From Parcubacteria group bacterium (GTDB lineage: Bacteria; Patescibacteriota; Minisyncoccia; Moranbacterales; UBA2206), in contig JBAYWF010000002.1 in assembly GCA_041674205.1 (NCBI GenBank), positions 46,940 to 110,939 on the forward strand: 64,000 nt of DNA. Direction: 5' to 3'. Every line of letters starts with the position of its first letter. Position 1 is the stretch's first letter. The notes under the pieces were generated by a model that worked only from the letters and a program-made list of their open reading frames with translations, searched no databases and was not told the DNA's origin. A program made the position numbers and the translations under genes. Shown piece by piece: positions 19,669-28,722 of this stretch.

Positions 19669-20043
19669 TTACGATTTCCACAATCCGTGGACATTGCAAT
19701 AAGCTCTCACTTCGATATGTTCAGCCTCCAGACAAAACTCCGCTTCCGGTTCCATACCCGGCTCCAAATGTTTCCGATAAACTCGATGCTCGGTTATGAC
19801 TTCGATCCATTCGATATAGTGTTCGCTCTCCATCGGATGCAGCACGCTGCCCACCCGCACGATCACGCCTTCACTCACCTTCTCCACGACCGGCCGGTGT
19901 TTTTCATATCTCTCTTCTTCGCTCTGTTCGGCTTGCAAAACCATCGGCTGGCCGCAACACACCAATTCACCCACTCCGTTATGCAAAACTTCGGTGATAT
20001 TGCCACAGATATCGCATTTATAGACTTGTCTTAATTCAGTCAT
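19669..20043 (-). CDS. dfx: desulfoferrodoxin (2Fe superoxide reductase)
   Basis: N-terminal desulforedoxin CDICGN...CCG; C-terminal SOR His/Cys ligands. Confidence 0.85.
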   Translation of the reverse strand: MTELRQVYKCDICGNITEVLHNGVGELVCCGQPMVLQAEQSEEERYEKHRPVVEKVSEGVIVRVGSVLHPMESEHYIEWIEVITEHRVYRKHLEPGMEPEAEFCLEAEHIEVRAYCNVHGLWKS

Positions 20044-20061
20044 ATTTTTATATTTAAAAAA

Positions 20062-21321
20062 TTAATGTACCGCGCAGGAAATGCACGGATCATAGGCCCG
20101 GATGAAGCCGCGTAACTTCTTTTGCTTGTCTTGATCCTTGAGATCGATTATCTCCTTGATGTAGTCCGCCACGTCATCTTCCAAATTAGCCAGGAACTGG
20201 GCGGTCGGAGTGATGATATTCACGTTTTTCACATAGCCTTTGCTGTCCACATCGACATGATAATAGAGCGTCCCGCGCGGAGCTTCGACCGCCGCCACGC
20301 CGACTCCCTCTTTGATTTCATATGGCCGGGTGACGACCCTCTCCAAGTCGGAGTTCAAAAGCTCTTTGATCAGCTTAGTCGATTCTTCGACGCAATGGAT
20401 GAGTTCAACCATCTGGCACAAGATATTATGGAATGGATTATAGTCCGGAAAAGTGAAATTCAAGCTTTCCAAATATTTGCCCGCTTGCGGATTGAGCTTA
20501 CTGCGGTTGATATTGATCCGGGCGATCGCTCCGACCATATAGCTTATCCCGTTATGCTCGACTTTTTTGATCACCTCGTTCTGCTTCTGCAATTCCTGGA
20601 AATCCTGTTCGAATTTTTCCACTGGGATATGCAGGCCGTACGAGGAAACTATGTCTCCGTCATAAACCGCATATCTCCCTTTCCCGCTCAAACATACATA
20701 CTCGGTTTCCCGTTGGAAATCGGGAATTTTTATTTTTTTGAAAAAATCACCCAGCGCGACAGCGTCTTGCAATGCCCGCTCGCTGTCCGCGACGATCTTC
20801 CGCAAAGCTTCCGCCTCCGGGGCTTTTTTGAAACCGCCCACCTCGTTGGTCAGCGGATGGATAACCCGTCCGCCGATGACCCGTACGATATCCATACCGA
20901 ACTCCCGCAGACGCACCGCGATTTTCGTTTCTTCGGGATAAGCGCTGACCAGCTGGATATCATTATCCATATCCAAAAAATCCGCCAATGACAGGAAAAA
21001 AAGATGGAGGGCATGCGAATGGATGATTTGCGCCAATTCCATCACCGTGCGCAGTTTTTTGGTTTCCGGCGTGACCTGGATGCCCATCGCGTTCTCCAAA
21101 GCCTTGATTGAAGTCAAGTTGTGCACCACCGGACAAATTCCACAAATGCGTTGGGCGATTATGGGCATATCCGTATAGTAGCGTCCGATCAGGACGCCCT
21201 CAATCAGACGGATGCCTTCCTGCACCTCCAGTTTGGCGCTTTTGACATCCCCATCCAACACACTGGCCATAAAACCGGCATGTCCTTCCATTTTAGCGAT
21301 ATGGTTTATTTTTATATCCAT
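20062..21321 (-). CDS. [NiFe]-hydrogenase large subunit (compact cytoplasmic group 3-like)
   Basis: N-terminal RICGICPVVH and C-terminal DPCISCAVH (ORF stops directly after His, no cleavable extension). Confidence 0.9.
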   Translation of the reverse strand: MDIKINHIAKMEGHAGFMASVLDGDVKSAKLEVQEGIRLIEGVLIGRYYTDMPIIAQRICGICPVVHNLTSIKALENAMGIQVTPETKKLRTVMELAQIIHSHALHLFFLSLADFLDMDNDIQLVSAYPEETKIAVRLREFGMDIVRVIGGRVIHPLTNEVGGFKKAPEAEALRKIVADSERALQDAVALGDFFKKIKIPDFQRETEYVCLSGKGRYAVYDGDIVSSYGLHIPVEKFEQDFQELQKQNEVIKKVEHNGISYMVGAIARININRSKLNPQAGKYLESLNFTFPDYNPFHNILCQMVELIHCVEESTKLIKELLNSDLERVVTRPYEIKEGVGVAAVEAPRGTLYYHVDVDSKGYVKNVNIITPTAQFLANLEDDVADYIKEIIDLKDQDKQKKLRGFIRAYDPCISCAVH

Positions 21322-21325
21322 AATT

Positions 21326-22534
21326 TTATATTTTTATGTTTTTTTCCCTCGCCTCTATATCATCCCGCAAGCCGAAAATCTCAGCGATGTTTTCAAATTC
21401 ATGGTCGGTCACCATATTTTTCAAAGCCGCGCGCATCGCTTTCACATTTCCAGTCGGACGGAGTCCGCGGCATCCCTGGCAAGTCATCCGGGAGGTCGGA
21501 CAGACCGCGCCGCACCCGCCCTGGATCATCGGTCCGAAGCACGGCTTCTTGTCGAGCAACAGACAACGGTTGCCAGCCGCTTTGCATTCGACGCAAACCG
21601 GCTGGTCGGGAATGACCGGAATCCGGCCGGCTAGCAATTCCGGGATATAGCGCAGAAACTCATCGCCGGAAATCGGACAGCCTGGGAAAACAAAATCGAC
21701 TTTTACGAAATTATCGATTTCCCTGATTTCCGGATTACTGATGCCTTGGATATATTTGTAGACATGTTTGATCGTATTGGCGCCTTCCTGGTAATTTTTA
21801 ATTTCCGGTATTCCGCCCATAGCCGCGCAATTGCCCAATGCTACCAATAACTTGCTTCTTTTACGCAAAGCTTTCAAAGTTTTTACATTTTCTTCCGTCA
21901 CCGGATTGCCTTCCACCAAGACCAAATCCAAATCGCCTCCGCCATCCTCTTCATCCTCGATCAGGCGGAAATCCACCATTTCTATTTTTCCCACAAAATC
22001 CAAAAATTTCTCGCCCAAATCCAGCAAAGCGAATTGGCACCCCTCGCAAGAAGTCAAGCTGGCGATAGCCACTTTCGGTTTTTTCAATTTGGCCTCCGGT
22101 TTGCTTGGCGCCGCTTTTGCCACTTTTGCGATTTTAACGGTTTTCTTAACCGCGCTTTTGTTTTTTTCATTCACGACAGCCACAGACGCATCAACTTTCT
22201 TTTTGGCTACCCGCTTGACTGTCGGCTTTCTCTTATCAGCCTTTGCCTTGCTCTTATTCGCAGGTTTGTTTGGCAATATCTTTTTTGCATCCTTTGTTTT
22301 TTTATCAGCTACTGTTTTTTTCTTGACCGTCAACTTAGCTGGCATTTTTTTCTTCACAACCCTCGCGCCTTTCTTGGCCACAGCCGATTTATTTTTCGCT
22401 ATCCCTACGGGCAGCTTTTTCACTTTCGATTTCTTGGCGTTTTTTTTAGCCGCAACTTTGCCTCTTAACCGAGAGGTCACACTGGATAACCTGCCTAAAA
22501 ATTTAGCGATTTTTGATTTTTTATTTACTGCCAT
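21326..22534 (-). CDS. [NiFe]-hydrogenase small subunit with ~150 aa Lys/Ala-rich N-terminal extension
   Basis: SCEGCQF proximal-cluster motif and C-terminal Cys clusters; N-terminal KKxAK repeats. Confidence 0.85.
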   Translation of the reverse strand: MAVNKKSKIAKFLGRLSSVTSRLRGKVAAKKNAKKSKVKKLPVGIAKNKSAVAKKGARVVKKKMPAKLTVKKKTVADKKTKDAKKILPNKPANKSKAKADKRKPTVKRVAKKKVDASVAVVNEKNKSAVKKTVKIAKVAKAAPSKPEAKLKKPKVAIASLTSCEGCQFALLDLGEKFLDFVGKIEMVDFRLIEDEEDGGGDLDLVLVEGNPVTEENVKTLKALRKRSKLLVALGNCAAMGGIPEIKNYQEGANTIKHVYKYIQGISNPEIREIDNFVKVDFVFPGCPISGDEFLRYIPELLAGRIPVIPDQPVCVECKAAGNRCLLLDKKPCFGPMIQGGCGAVCPTSRMTCQGCRGLRPTGNVKAMRAALKNMVTDHEFENIAEIFGLRDDIEAREKNIKI

Positions 22535-22612
22535 ATTATTTTTATTTTATGATTTATTTTACCACATTCCAGCTAAATTTAAAAATCGCCGATAACTTGC
22601 TATACTGGGCTT

Positions 22613-23776
22613 ATGCGGATATTCGAATATGAAAATAAGGACACTCGACAAATCTTGGCTCTCGGTCCCGAATCGAACGGCAATTTTTCGTTTTTCTATC
22701 AGAACAAGCTTTATTTTTCCGAAGATTTCGGCGATCTATTGATTGATAAAAATTTCCATAATTACAAAACGGGCCTTTCTAAGTTCCTCAGCGCAAACAA
22801 CTTCCGTCCGGACATCATCCTCACCGACTCGCATCCGCTCTACAAAACTACCACCCTAGGCCGAAACCTGGCTAAAAAATATCCCGCCAGACTTATCCAG
22901 ATCCAGCACCACCTCGCCCACATTTTTTCCGCGATCGGCGATAAAACATTACTGACTAGAAACTATCAGCTAGAAAAGGCTTTAGGCATAACTTTGGACG
23001 GTACCGGCTATGGATCGGATGATAAAATTTGGGGAGGGGAAATTTTTAGAATTTCAAAATCCAAATTTCAAATTTTAAATCAAATCCCACAACTAAAATT
23101 ACAAATCGAAAGGATCGGACACCTGGAAAACCAAGTGATGATCGGGGGTGATTTGGCTATCAAGGAGCCTGCACGTATGTTGATCGGCATCTTATCAAAA
23201 TTCCTACCCAAGGAAAGCATCTATCCGCATATAAGAAAATATTATTCCGCCCAGGAATTTGAAGTTTTATACAACCAATCGCAACAGAAATTCAACTGCA
23301 TCGAAACATCCAGCACCGGAAGGATTTTGGACGCGGTTTCCGTGCTGCTCGGTTTTTGCGGCAATCAAAGAAATTACAAACATGAGCCGATCGAGTTATT
23401 GGAAAAAAATTCAGCAAAACCCTATTTGGATTTAAAACCCGAAATTAGCAAAGATTCCGACGGAAACCATATCCTCAGCACCACTTATTTATTTAATTAC
23501 ATACTTAAATACTTACATAAAAACAAAGATATATCTGACGGGGATAGGAACCGCTTGGCTGCCACCGCCCAACTCTACATCGCCCAAGGACTATACCGAA
23601 TAATTTCGGATGCAGATTTCGAAATCAGGGACTTCTATCTAGCCGGCGGCATCGCCAACAATAAAATAATTTCCGGATATCTGGACTCCAAGGGCGCCTA
23701 CGCCAGCCGGACGATTCCCCGCGGCGACGCCGGGCTTTCGTTCGGGCAGATCGTTTTCTATTTATCCGGCCACTAA
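22613..23776 (+). CDS. HypF-like carbamoyltransferase, C-terminal Kae1/YgjD-like domain only
   Basis: QHHLAHIF (HypF HHxAH), LDGTGYGSD, LAGGIANN; no acylphosphatase, Zn-finger or YrdC domains. Confidence 0.6.
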   Translation: MRIFEYENKDTRQILALGPESNGNFSFFYQNKLYFSEDFGDLLIDKNFHNYKTGLSKFLSANNFRPDIILTDSHPLYKTTTLGRNLAKKYPARLIQIQHHLAHIFSAIGDKTLLTRNYQLEKALGITLDGTGYGSDDKIWGGEIFRISKSKFQILNQIPQLKLQIERIGHLENQVMIGGDLAIKEPARMLIGILSKFLPKESIYPHIRKYYSAQEFEVLYNQSQQKFNCIETSSTGRILDAVSVLLGFCGNQRNYKHEPIELLEKNSAKPYLDLKPEISKDSDGNHILSTTYLFNYILKYLHKNKDISDGDRNRLAATAQLYIAQGLYRIISDADFEIRDFYLAGGIANNKIISGYLDSKGAYASRTIPRGDAGLSFGQIVFYLSGH

Positions 23777-23860
23777 AAAAAGGCGGGAGGCTGGTTATTT
23801 TTTTTACAACAACCGCCTGCCCGCCCTTTGCGACGACGCGCCTCCGATCAAAGTGCGCCG

Positions 23861-24376
23861 TCAGCGTACCCAAAGATAAGGCCTTATTGACAAAGTAGCC
23901 TCCCCCTCCAAATACACTTCGGGCTTCTCACATTTATACTCTTCAAATACTTCACAGGTTAATTCCTGTGTTTCTTCATTAAGAGTCTGTGAGAAATTCT
24001 GCTCACAATCCTGGGTAGCGACCAGCATACTGATCGACTTATCTTCCCCAATCAAGACATCCGTCCTATTCACCAGCCCCTCAGGACCCTTGATGACTAA
24101 ATTGGCGCTGCCGAAGTTGTTCTTCGTCAATTCCCTCACCTTTTGCCGGTAAAAGAATTTGATCTGTTTGTATTTTGCTTCCTTCCCGGCGCAATCCCAG
24201 GTTTTTTCTTCGACAACCTGGACGATTGACTTGCTATCCAGGCTATCAGGAATCACGAAAGAATATTCTTCCATAACTCCTCCAAAAAAAGACACTACGA
24301 TAACCCAACAAAAAACAACCATCACTATCGTAATTATGACGGATGTCACCACCATCGCCGCTGTCACTTTTCCCAT
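23861..24376 (-). CDS. membrane-anchored hypothetical protein
   Basis: N-terminal TM helix, Cys-containing ectodomain, no known motif. Confidence 0.4.
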   Translation of the reverse strand: MGKVTAAMVVTSVIITIVMVVFCWVIVVSFFGGVMEEYSFVIPDSLDSKSIVQVVEEKTWDCAGKEAKYKQIKFFYRQKVRELTKNNFGSANLVIKGPEGLVNRTDVLIGEDKSISMLVATQDCEQNFSQTLNEETQELTCEVFEEYKCEKPEVYLEGEATLSIRPYLWVR

Positions 24377-24525
24377 AGCACCATCTCCGTAAAATTATTC
24401 TGTTCGAACCGGCGGGACGCCCACAGGTTCTTTTTTTACATACTGTCTTCGCGGAACAACCGCAAAAACGCCTTATTCGATTTTTAAAATGCCAAGTTCC
24501 AATATGGCACATATCCGGCAGATTG

Positions 24526-25506
24526 TCAACAAATGCGAGGAATCAATTTTCCCCGCGGAACATCGATTTTTTTGATGCCGCCGAGCGAAGTTTTGAGATA
24601 GACGCCTTTTCCACGCGCGACCGAACCGATGATTTTGGCGTTTTTGTCGTATTTCTGCAAGATTTTGACGGTTTTTTGGGCTTCTTTAGCGGAAACCGTC
24701 GCCACAAAACGGCCTTCGGAAGGGAAAGAAAATTTATCGATACCCAGGAGTTCGGACAAGGCCACCGTTTCTTTGGCGAAAGGAAGCTTGCCTTCTTCTA
24801 AAACTATTTTCACTTTGGATTTTTCGGCGATTTCATTAAGCACGGCCGCCACCCCGCCCCGGGTCGGATCTTTGCATGAAGTCAGATATTTGGCCACACT
24901 TTGGATTTCCAGGGTCAAGGGCCGGCAATCGCTTTTGATTTTGGTCTTGTAATTGAAACGGCTGGCCAAAAGCGCCACCGCGTGCTCGCCCAGATTGCCG
25001 GAAGCGATGACCGCGTCCCCCGCTTGCGCCCCGCCGTTTCCGATTATCTTTTTGGCCAACCCCACTCCGGAAGTGGTGATTTCCAATTTGTCGATCTTGC
25101 CCCTTTCCGTGACCTTGGTGTCCCCCGTCACGATCGGCACGCCGGTTTCCCGGGAGACCTTGCCGATCGACCGCATAATTTTTTGCAGATCTTCTTCCGG
25201 AAAACCTTCTTCGATCACCAGGCTCAAGCCGACGCCGATCGGACGCGCGCCCATCACCGACAAATCATTGATGGTGCCGCATAGCGCGATTTTGCCGATA
25301 TCGCCGCCCGGGAAAAAAAGCGGATCCACGATGAAAGCGTCCGTCGTAAAAACCAATCGTTCCTTGCCGATCCGGAACGAAGCTCCGTCATCCTGCGTGT
25401 TTTTCCACTGGCGGCTTGCTACGAAATTCCGACGGATTTGCGCGATCAGCCGATTGGATTTTTCTCCGCCTGCTCCAGCCTCCAATTCGATCATTTCTTT
25501 TTCCAT
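24526..25506 (-). CDS. hypE: hydrogenase maturation factor HypE
   Basis: AIR-synthase-like fold motifs and C-terminal PRIC. Confidence 0.9.
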   Translation of the reverse strand: MEKEMIELEAGAGGEKSNRLIAQIRRNFVASRQWKNTQDDGASFRIGKERLVFTTDAFIVDPLFFPGGDIGKIALCGTINDLSVMGARPIGVGLSLVIEEGFPEEDLQKIMRSIGKVSRETGVPIVTGDTKVTERGKIDKLEITTSGVGLAKKIIGNGGAQAGDAVIASGNLGEHAVALLASRFNYKTKIKSDCRPLTLEIQSVAKYLTSCKDPTRGGVAAVLNEIAEKSKVKIVLEEGKLPFAKETVALSELLGIDKFSFPSEGRFVATVSAKEAQKTVKILQKYDKNAKIIGSVARGKGVYLKTSLGGIKKIDVPRGKLIPRIC

Positions 25507-25874
25507 CGGTTAAATTTTAAGATTAAAATTGCGGCCAAAACGATGCCGATCAGATCAATTGCCACATCCCTTGGCGTACCCGTCCGGCCGAAAACGAAAG
25601 TCTGATGCCATTCGTCCGACGCCGCATATAATAAAGACAAGACCAGCGAAAACCATAAAGCTCTCTTCAGAGTGAAATTTTGTGAAAAAGCGCGGAAAAA
25701 CAAAAAAGCCAAGATGGAATATTCGATCACGTGGAAAGTTTTCCTTTCGATGAAATAAAACAAACTGAAAGGCCGGACATCGTGCCCTTCCATCGCCGAA
25801 AGCCCAAAAATGATCGCCATCCAAAACAAAACAGCCAGCCACGCGGATATTTTTTTAGTTACAAACTTTTCCAT
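25491..25874 (-). CDS. VanZ-like family membrane protein
   Basis: 4 TM helices, SDEWHQ...GR...DV motif. Confidence 0.55.
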   Translation of the reverse strand: MEKFVTKKISAWLAVLFWMAIIFGLSAMEGHDVRPFSLFYFIERKTFHVIEYSILAFLFFRAFSQNFTLKRALWFSLVLSLLYAASDEWHQTFVFGRTGTPRDVAIDLIGIVLAAILILKFNRWKKK

Positions 25875-25888
25875 AGTGGTATTCTAAC

Positions 25889-25930
25889 AAAAAAAAGGCG
25901 TCCTGGCGAGAAAAATTCCCGCCAGGACGC
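25889..25930 (-). terminator. rho-independent terminator after PhoH-like gene
   Basis: minus strand GCGTCCTGGCGggaatttttctCGCCAGGACGCctttttttt. Confidence 0.7.
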
Positions 25931-25950
25931 GCACAAATGAACATTAAAAT

Positions 25951-27252
25951 TTAGAGAAGGCGTGTCGCTTTCTCCGCCAATCTCGAACGGTTTGCCCGCT
26001 TAAGCTTCAGATAACAGAATGCTTCGTCATCTTTGAAGCGGTCAATCAAATAGGCTAAACCACTTGAATTGGAATCGAGATATGGCGTGTCTATCTGTTC
26101 CAAATCGCCGCAAAACACGATTTTAGTGCCCTCGCCACAACGGGTAATAATCGTCTTCATCTCCCAAGGGCGCAAGTTCTGGGCTTCATCGATTATGATG
26201 AATGTGCGCTGAAGACTTCGTCCCCTGATATGGGCCACAGACTCAAGCTCAAGGATGCCCTGGGAAATAAGACTTTCCTTGGAAAAAAGGTTTTCTTTCT
26301 TGCTTTGCGCATTTTTCCTGCTAAACCCTTCCTCGATCCGTTGGTTGGAATTTTTGATAATTGCGTCCAGATTATCAAAGATCGGATTCATCCATTCGGA
26401 CAATTTTGCTTCCTTGTCTCCTGGGAAATATCCGATATCCGGACCTGATGCAATAGCCGGCCGTGCCACGACCACTTTGTCGTATAGTCTCCCACTCTTA
26501 AGCGCCTGATTCAGTCCGGACAATAGAGCTACAAAAGTCTTGCCTGTCCCGGCAACCCCTGACAAAGCTATCATTTCTATATCAGGACAGGACAGCGCGT
26601 CCAAGGCGCACTCCTGCTCCTCATCTCTTGGAGAAATCCCCCAAATATGCCTGCCTCTCCGTATGGACTTGCATGATTCCTTTTCCCAATGACGGAAAAT
26701 CTCCCCGCCTTTGACCCGGTACCGGACGGACAAGATACCATTCGGCTTCTCTTCATTTCCATCGAAGACTGAGCCGTACTTTTTGAAAAGCTCGGATTGA
26801 TCTTTGGTATAGTCATCCGTATTAAGCCCAAGACCAGACGCTTTGAGTCGGACATTAGTGTCCTTGGAGATGACAAACACTGTCTTTCCTTCCTCTGACA
26901 ATCCATACGCGAAAGACAAAATCCGGTTATCCGGCGTATCCCTTTTGAATTTGAGCGGATACTTACTATCCAATGATACGACAAGCATTCCGCCATTAGG
27001 CAGTTTTACTCCCTCCCTAATATCCCCTCCATTCAAAAATTCTGCTAGGCCGTTACTGGCCTTGCGGGCCGAAACGGCTACTGAGCCGTCAATATCATTA
27101 CTTCTTTTTTTGAGAGAATCCAGTTCCTCCAGGACTTCCTCGTAAATAACCACCGTATTGTCCCCGAATTCCCTGAACGCGTCCGGGTCATGGATTAGGA
27201 CGTTAGTGTCCAAAACGAAATACTTCGTTTTCTTTTTCTTTCTGGCTGCCAT
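25951..27252 (-). CDS. PhoH-like ATPase with N-terminal PIN domain (YlaK type); ORF extends to 27354
   Basis: PIN KYFVLDTNVLIHD; Walker A ALSGVAGTGKT. Confidence 0.8.
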   Translation of the reverse strand: MAARKKKKTKYFVLDTNVLIHDPDAFREFGDNTVVIYEEVLEELDSLKKRSNDIDGSVAVSARKASNGLAEFLNGGDIREGVKLPNGGMLVVSLDSKYPLKFKRDTPDNRILSFAYGLSEEGKTVFVISKDTNVRLKASGLGLNTDDYTKDQSELFKKYGSVFDGNEEKPNGILSVRYRVKGGEIFRHWEKESCKSIRRGRHIWGISPRDEEQECALDALSCPDIEMIALSGVAGTGKTFVALLSGLNQALKSGRLYDKVVVARPAIASGPDIGYFPGDKEAKLSEWMNPIFDNLDAIIKNSNQRIEEGFSRKNAQSKKENLFSKESLISQGILELESVAHIRGRSLQRTFIIIDEAQNLRPWEMKTIITRCGEGTKIVFCGDLEQIDTPYLDSNSSGLAYLIDRFKDDEAFCYLKLKRANRSRLAEKATRLL

Positions 27253-27357
27253 AAGCACCCCACTCGTTGAATTGATAAAAGAACAGCTTTCTGAGTGAAG
27301 CATAAAACAAGCCGGTTGCTTTTGCAAGCCACGAAAAACCCTAAAAAATGACAATTA

Positions 27358-28389
27358 CTAAGAAAACCTGTGCGCCACGTTGCAACTCCCCTCCACCGAA
27401 ACCATACAGGCGCCTTGCGGCTTGTCCGGCGTACAAACCCGACCAAAAAGCGGGCATTCTTTCGGTTCGATCAATCCTTGCAAGACCAGTCCACACCTGC
27501 AAGCGCTCGGTTTGGGCTTTGTTTCTTTTTTGATTTTTCCAATCAAATCCTTATGCACGGATTCCGCATCCTGTTTTTGATATTTTTTCCGGATCTTCAA
27601 ACCGGAATTCTTTATTTCGCCCAATCCCCGCCAACGCGCATCTGAAACTTCAAAAACCTCATCGATCAGCTTCCTGGCCTTGGGGTTGCCATCTTTTTTG
27701 ACCAAGCGCGGATAGGCATTTTCCACTTCTTTCCTGCCTTCCAGGATTTGCGCCAAAAGCCTATCGATCGCCCGCAAGACATCCTTTCCGGAAAAACCGG
27801 CTACGACCTGGGGAATTTCAAACTGTCCATAAACCCGCGTACCGATAATCGCACTGACGTGTCCCGGATCAATGAAACCGTCCACCTTGATTTTCTTATT
27901 CGCCAAAAGCGCTTCCATCGCCGGCGGAAAAATTTTATGGGCGCAATAAACAGTTATCCCGTTTTGGACTGCCCAGGCACTTGGCGGCGTCGTCGTTTCA
28001 AATCCCAGGCCGAAAAACACGATGTCGGGATATTTGTTTTTCAATTCCAAGACTTCCGCGACATCATAGACCGCGAAAACTTCGGCGCCCTTCTGCCGCG
28101 CCTGTTCCAAACTCATCAGGTTCCCAGGAACATTCAGGACATCTCCATATGCCGCCACCGGGATTCCCGCCAACGCCAAACCGGCCATCACGTCGATGTC
28201 CGTCTGGTCTGTCACACACACCGGACAGCCCGGGCCAGAAACCAGCTTCACATTTTTTGGCATCAAACTTTTGATCCCATTTTGCGCTATCGTCTGCGAA
28301 TGCGTCCCGCACAATTCCATCAAACGGACTTCCCGGCCGATTTCCGCCGCCAATTTATGGATATTCTTTACGATTTTATCGATTTCCAT
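27358..28389 (-). CDS. hypD: hydrogenase maturation factor HypD
   Basis: CGTH, GPGCPVCV signature motifs. Confidence 0.9.
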   Translation of the reverse strand: MEIDKIVKNIHKLAAEIGREVRLMELCGTHSQTIAQNGIKSLMPKNVKLVSGPGCPVCVTDQTDIDVMAGLALAGIPVAAYGDVLNVPGNLMSLEQARQKGAEVFAVYDVAEVLELKNKYPDIVFFGLGFETTTPPSAWAVQNGITVYCAHKIFPPAMEALLANKKIKVDGFIDPGHVSAIIGTRVYGQFEIPQVVAGFSGKDVLRAIDRLLAQILEGRKEVENAYPRLVKKDGNPKARKLIDEVFEVSDARWRGLGEIKNSGLKIRKKYQKQDAESVHKDLIGKIKKETKPKPSACRCGLVLQGLIEPKECPLFGRVCTPDKPQGACMVSVEGSCNVAHRFS

Positions 28390-28399
28390 AACCAGATTT

Positions 28400-28606
28400 T
28401 TATTTTTTACCTAAATACCCTTGGATATCTCTTACTAATTCCGTATCCATTTTCTCGATCGCAAAGCCGGCATGCACCATCACGAAATCTCCGATTTTCA
28501 CGTCAACCAAGGCGACATTCACGGTCTTCCCGATGCCATTGAAATCAATTTCAGCCACATCACCTTTGATTTTTAGAATTTTACCAGGGATAGCTAAACA
28601 CATATG
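28400..28606 (-). CDS. hypC: hydrogenase maturation factor HypC (start at MCLAIP; ORF extends to 28660)
   Basis: MCLAIPGKILKI canonical HypC N-terminus. Confidence 0.85.
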   Translation of the reverse strand, partial: HMCLAIPGKILKIKGDVAEIDFNGIGKTVNVALVDVKIGDFVMVHAGFAIEKMDTELVRDIQGYLGKK

Positions 28607-28722
28607 ATTAATAATTTGAAATTTTAAATTATAAATTTTAAATGAATTTTCAATTACCAAATTAACAAATTTTTTTAAAATTTAATCATTAGGATTTCAT
28701 TTTAAATTTGAAATTTAGACTT
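28607..28722. repeat. AT-rich AATTTTAAATT / GAAATTT repeat tract (hypC-hydA intergenic)
   Basis: gaaattttaaattataaattttaaatgaattttcaa...aaatttgaaatttag. Confidence 0.5.

Noticed and set aside
20122-20991. 289-aa plus-strand ORF
   Set aside because: Antisense to the NiFe large-subunit gene, which has unambiguous signature motifs.
21831-22595. 254-aa plus-strand low-complexity ORF (F/L/A-rich)
   Set aside because: Antisense shadow of the Lys/Ala-rich codon repeats of the hydrogenase small-subunit tail.
27748-28542. 264-aa plus-strand ORF
   Set aside because: Antisense to hypD/hypC; R-rich, no motifs.
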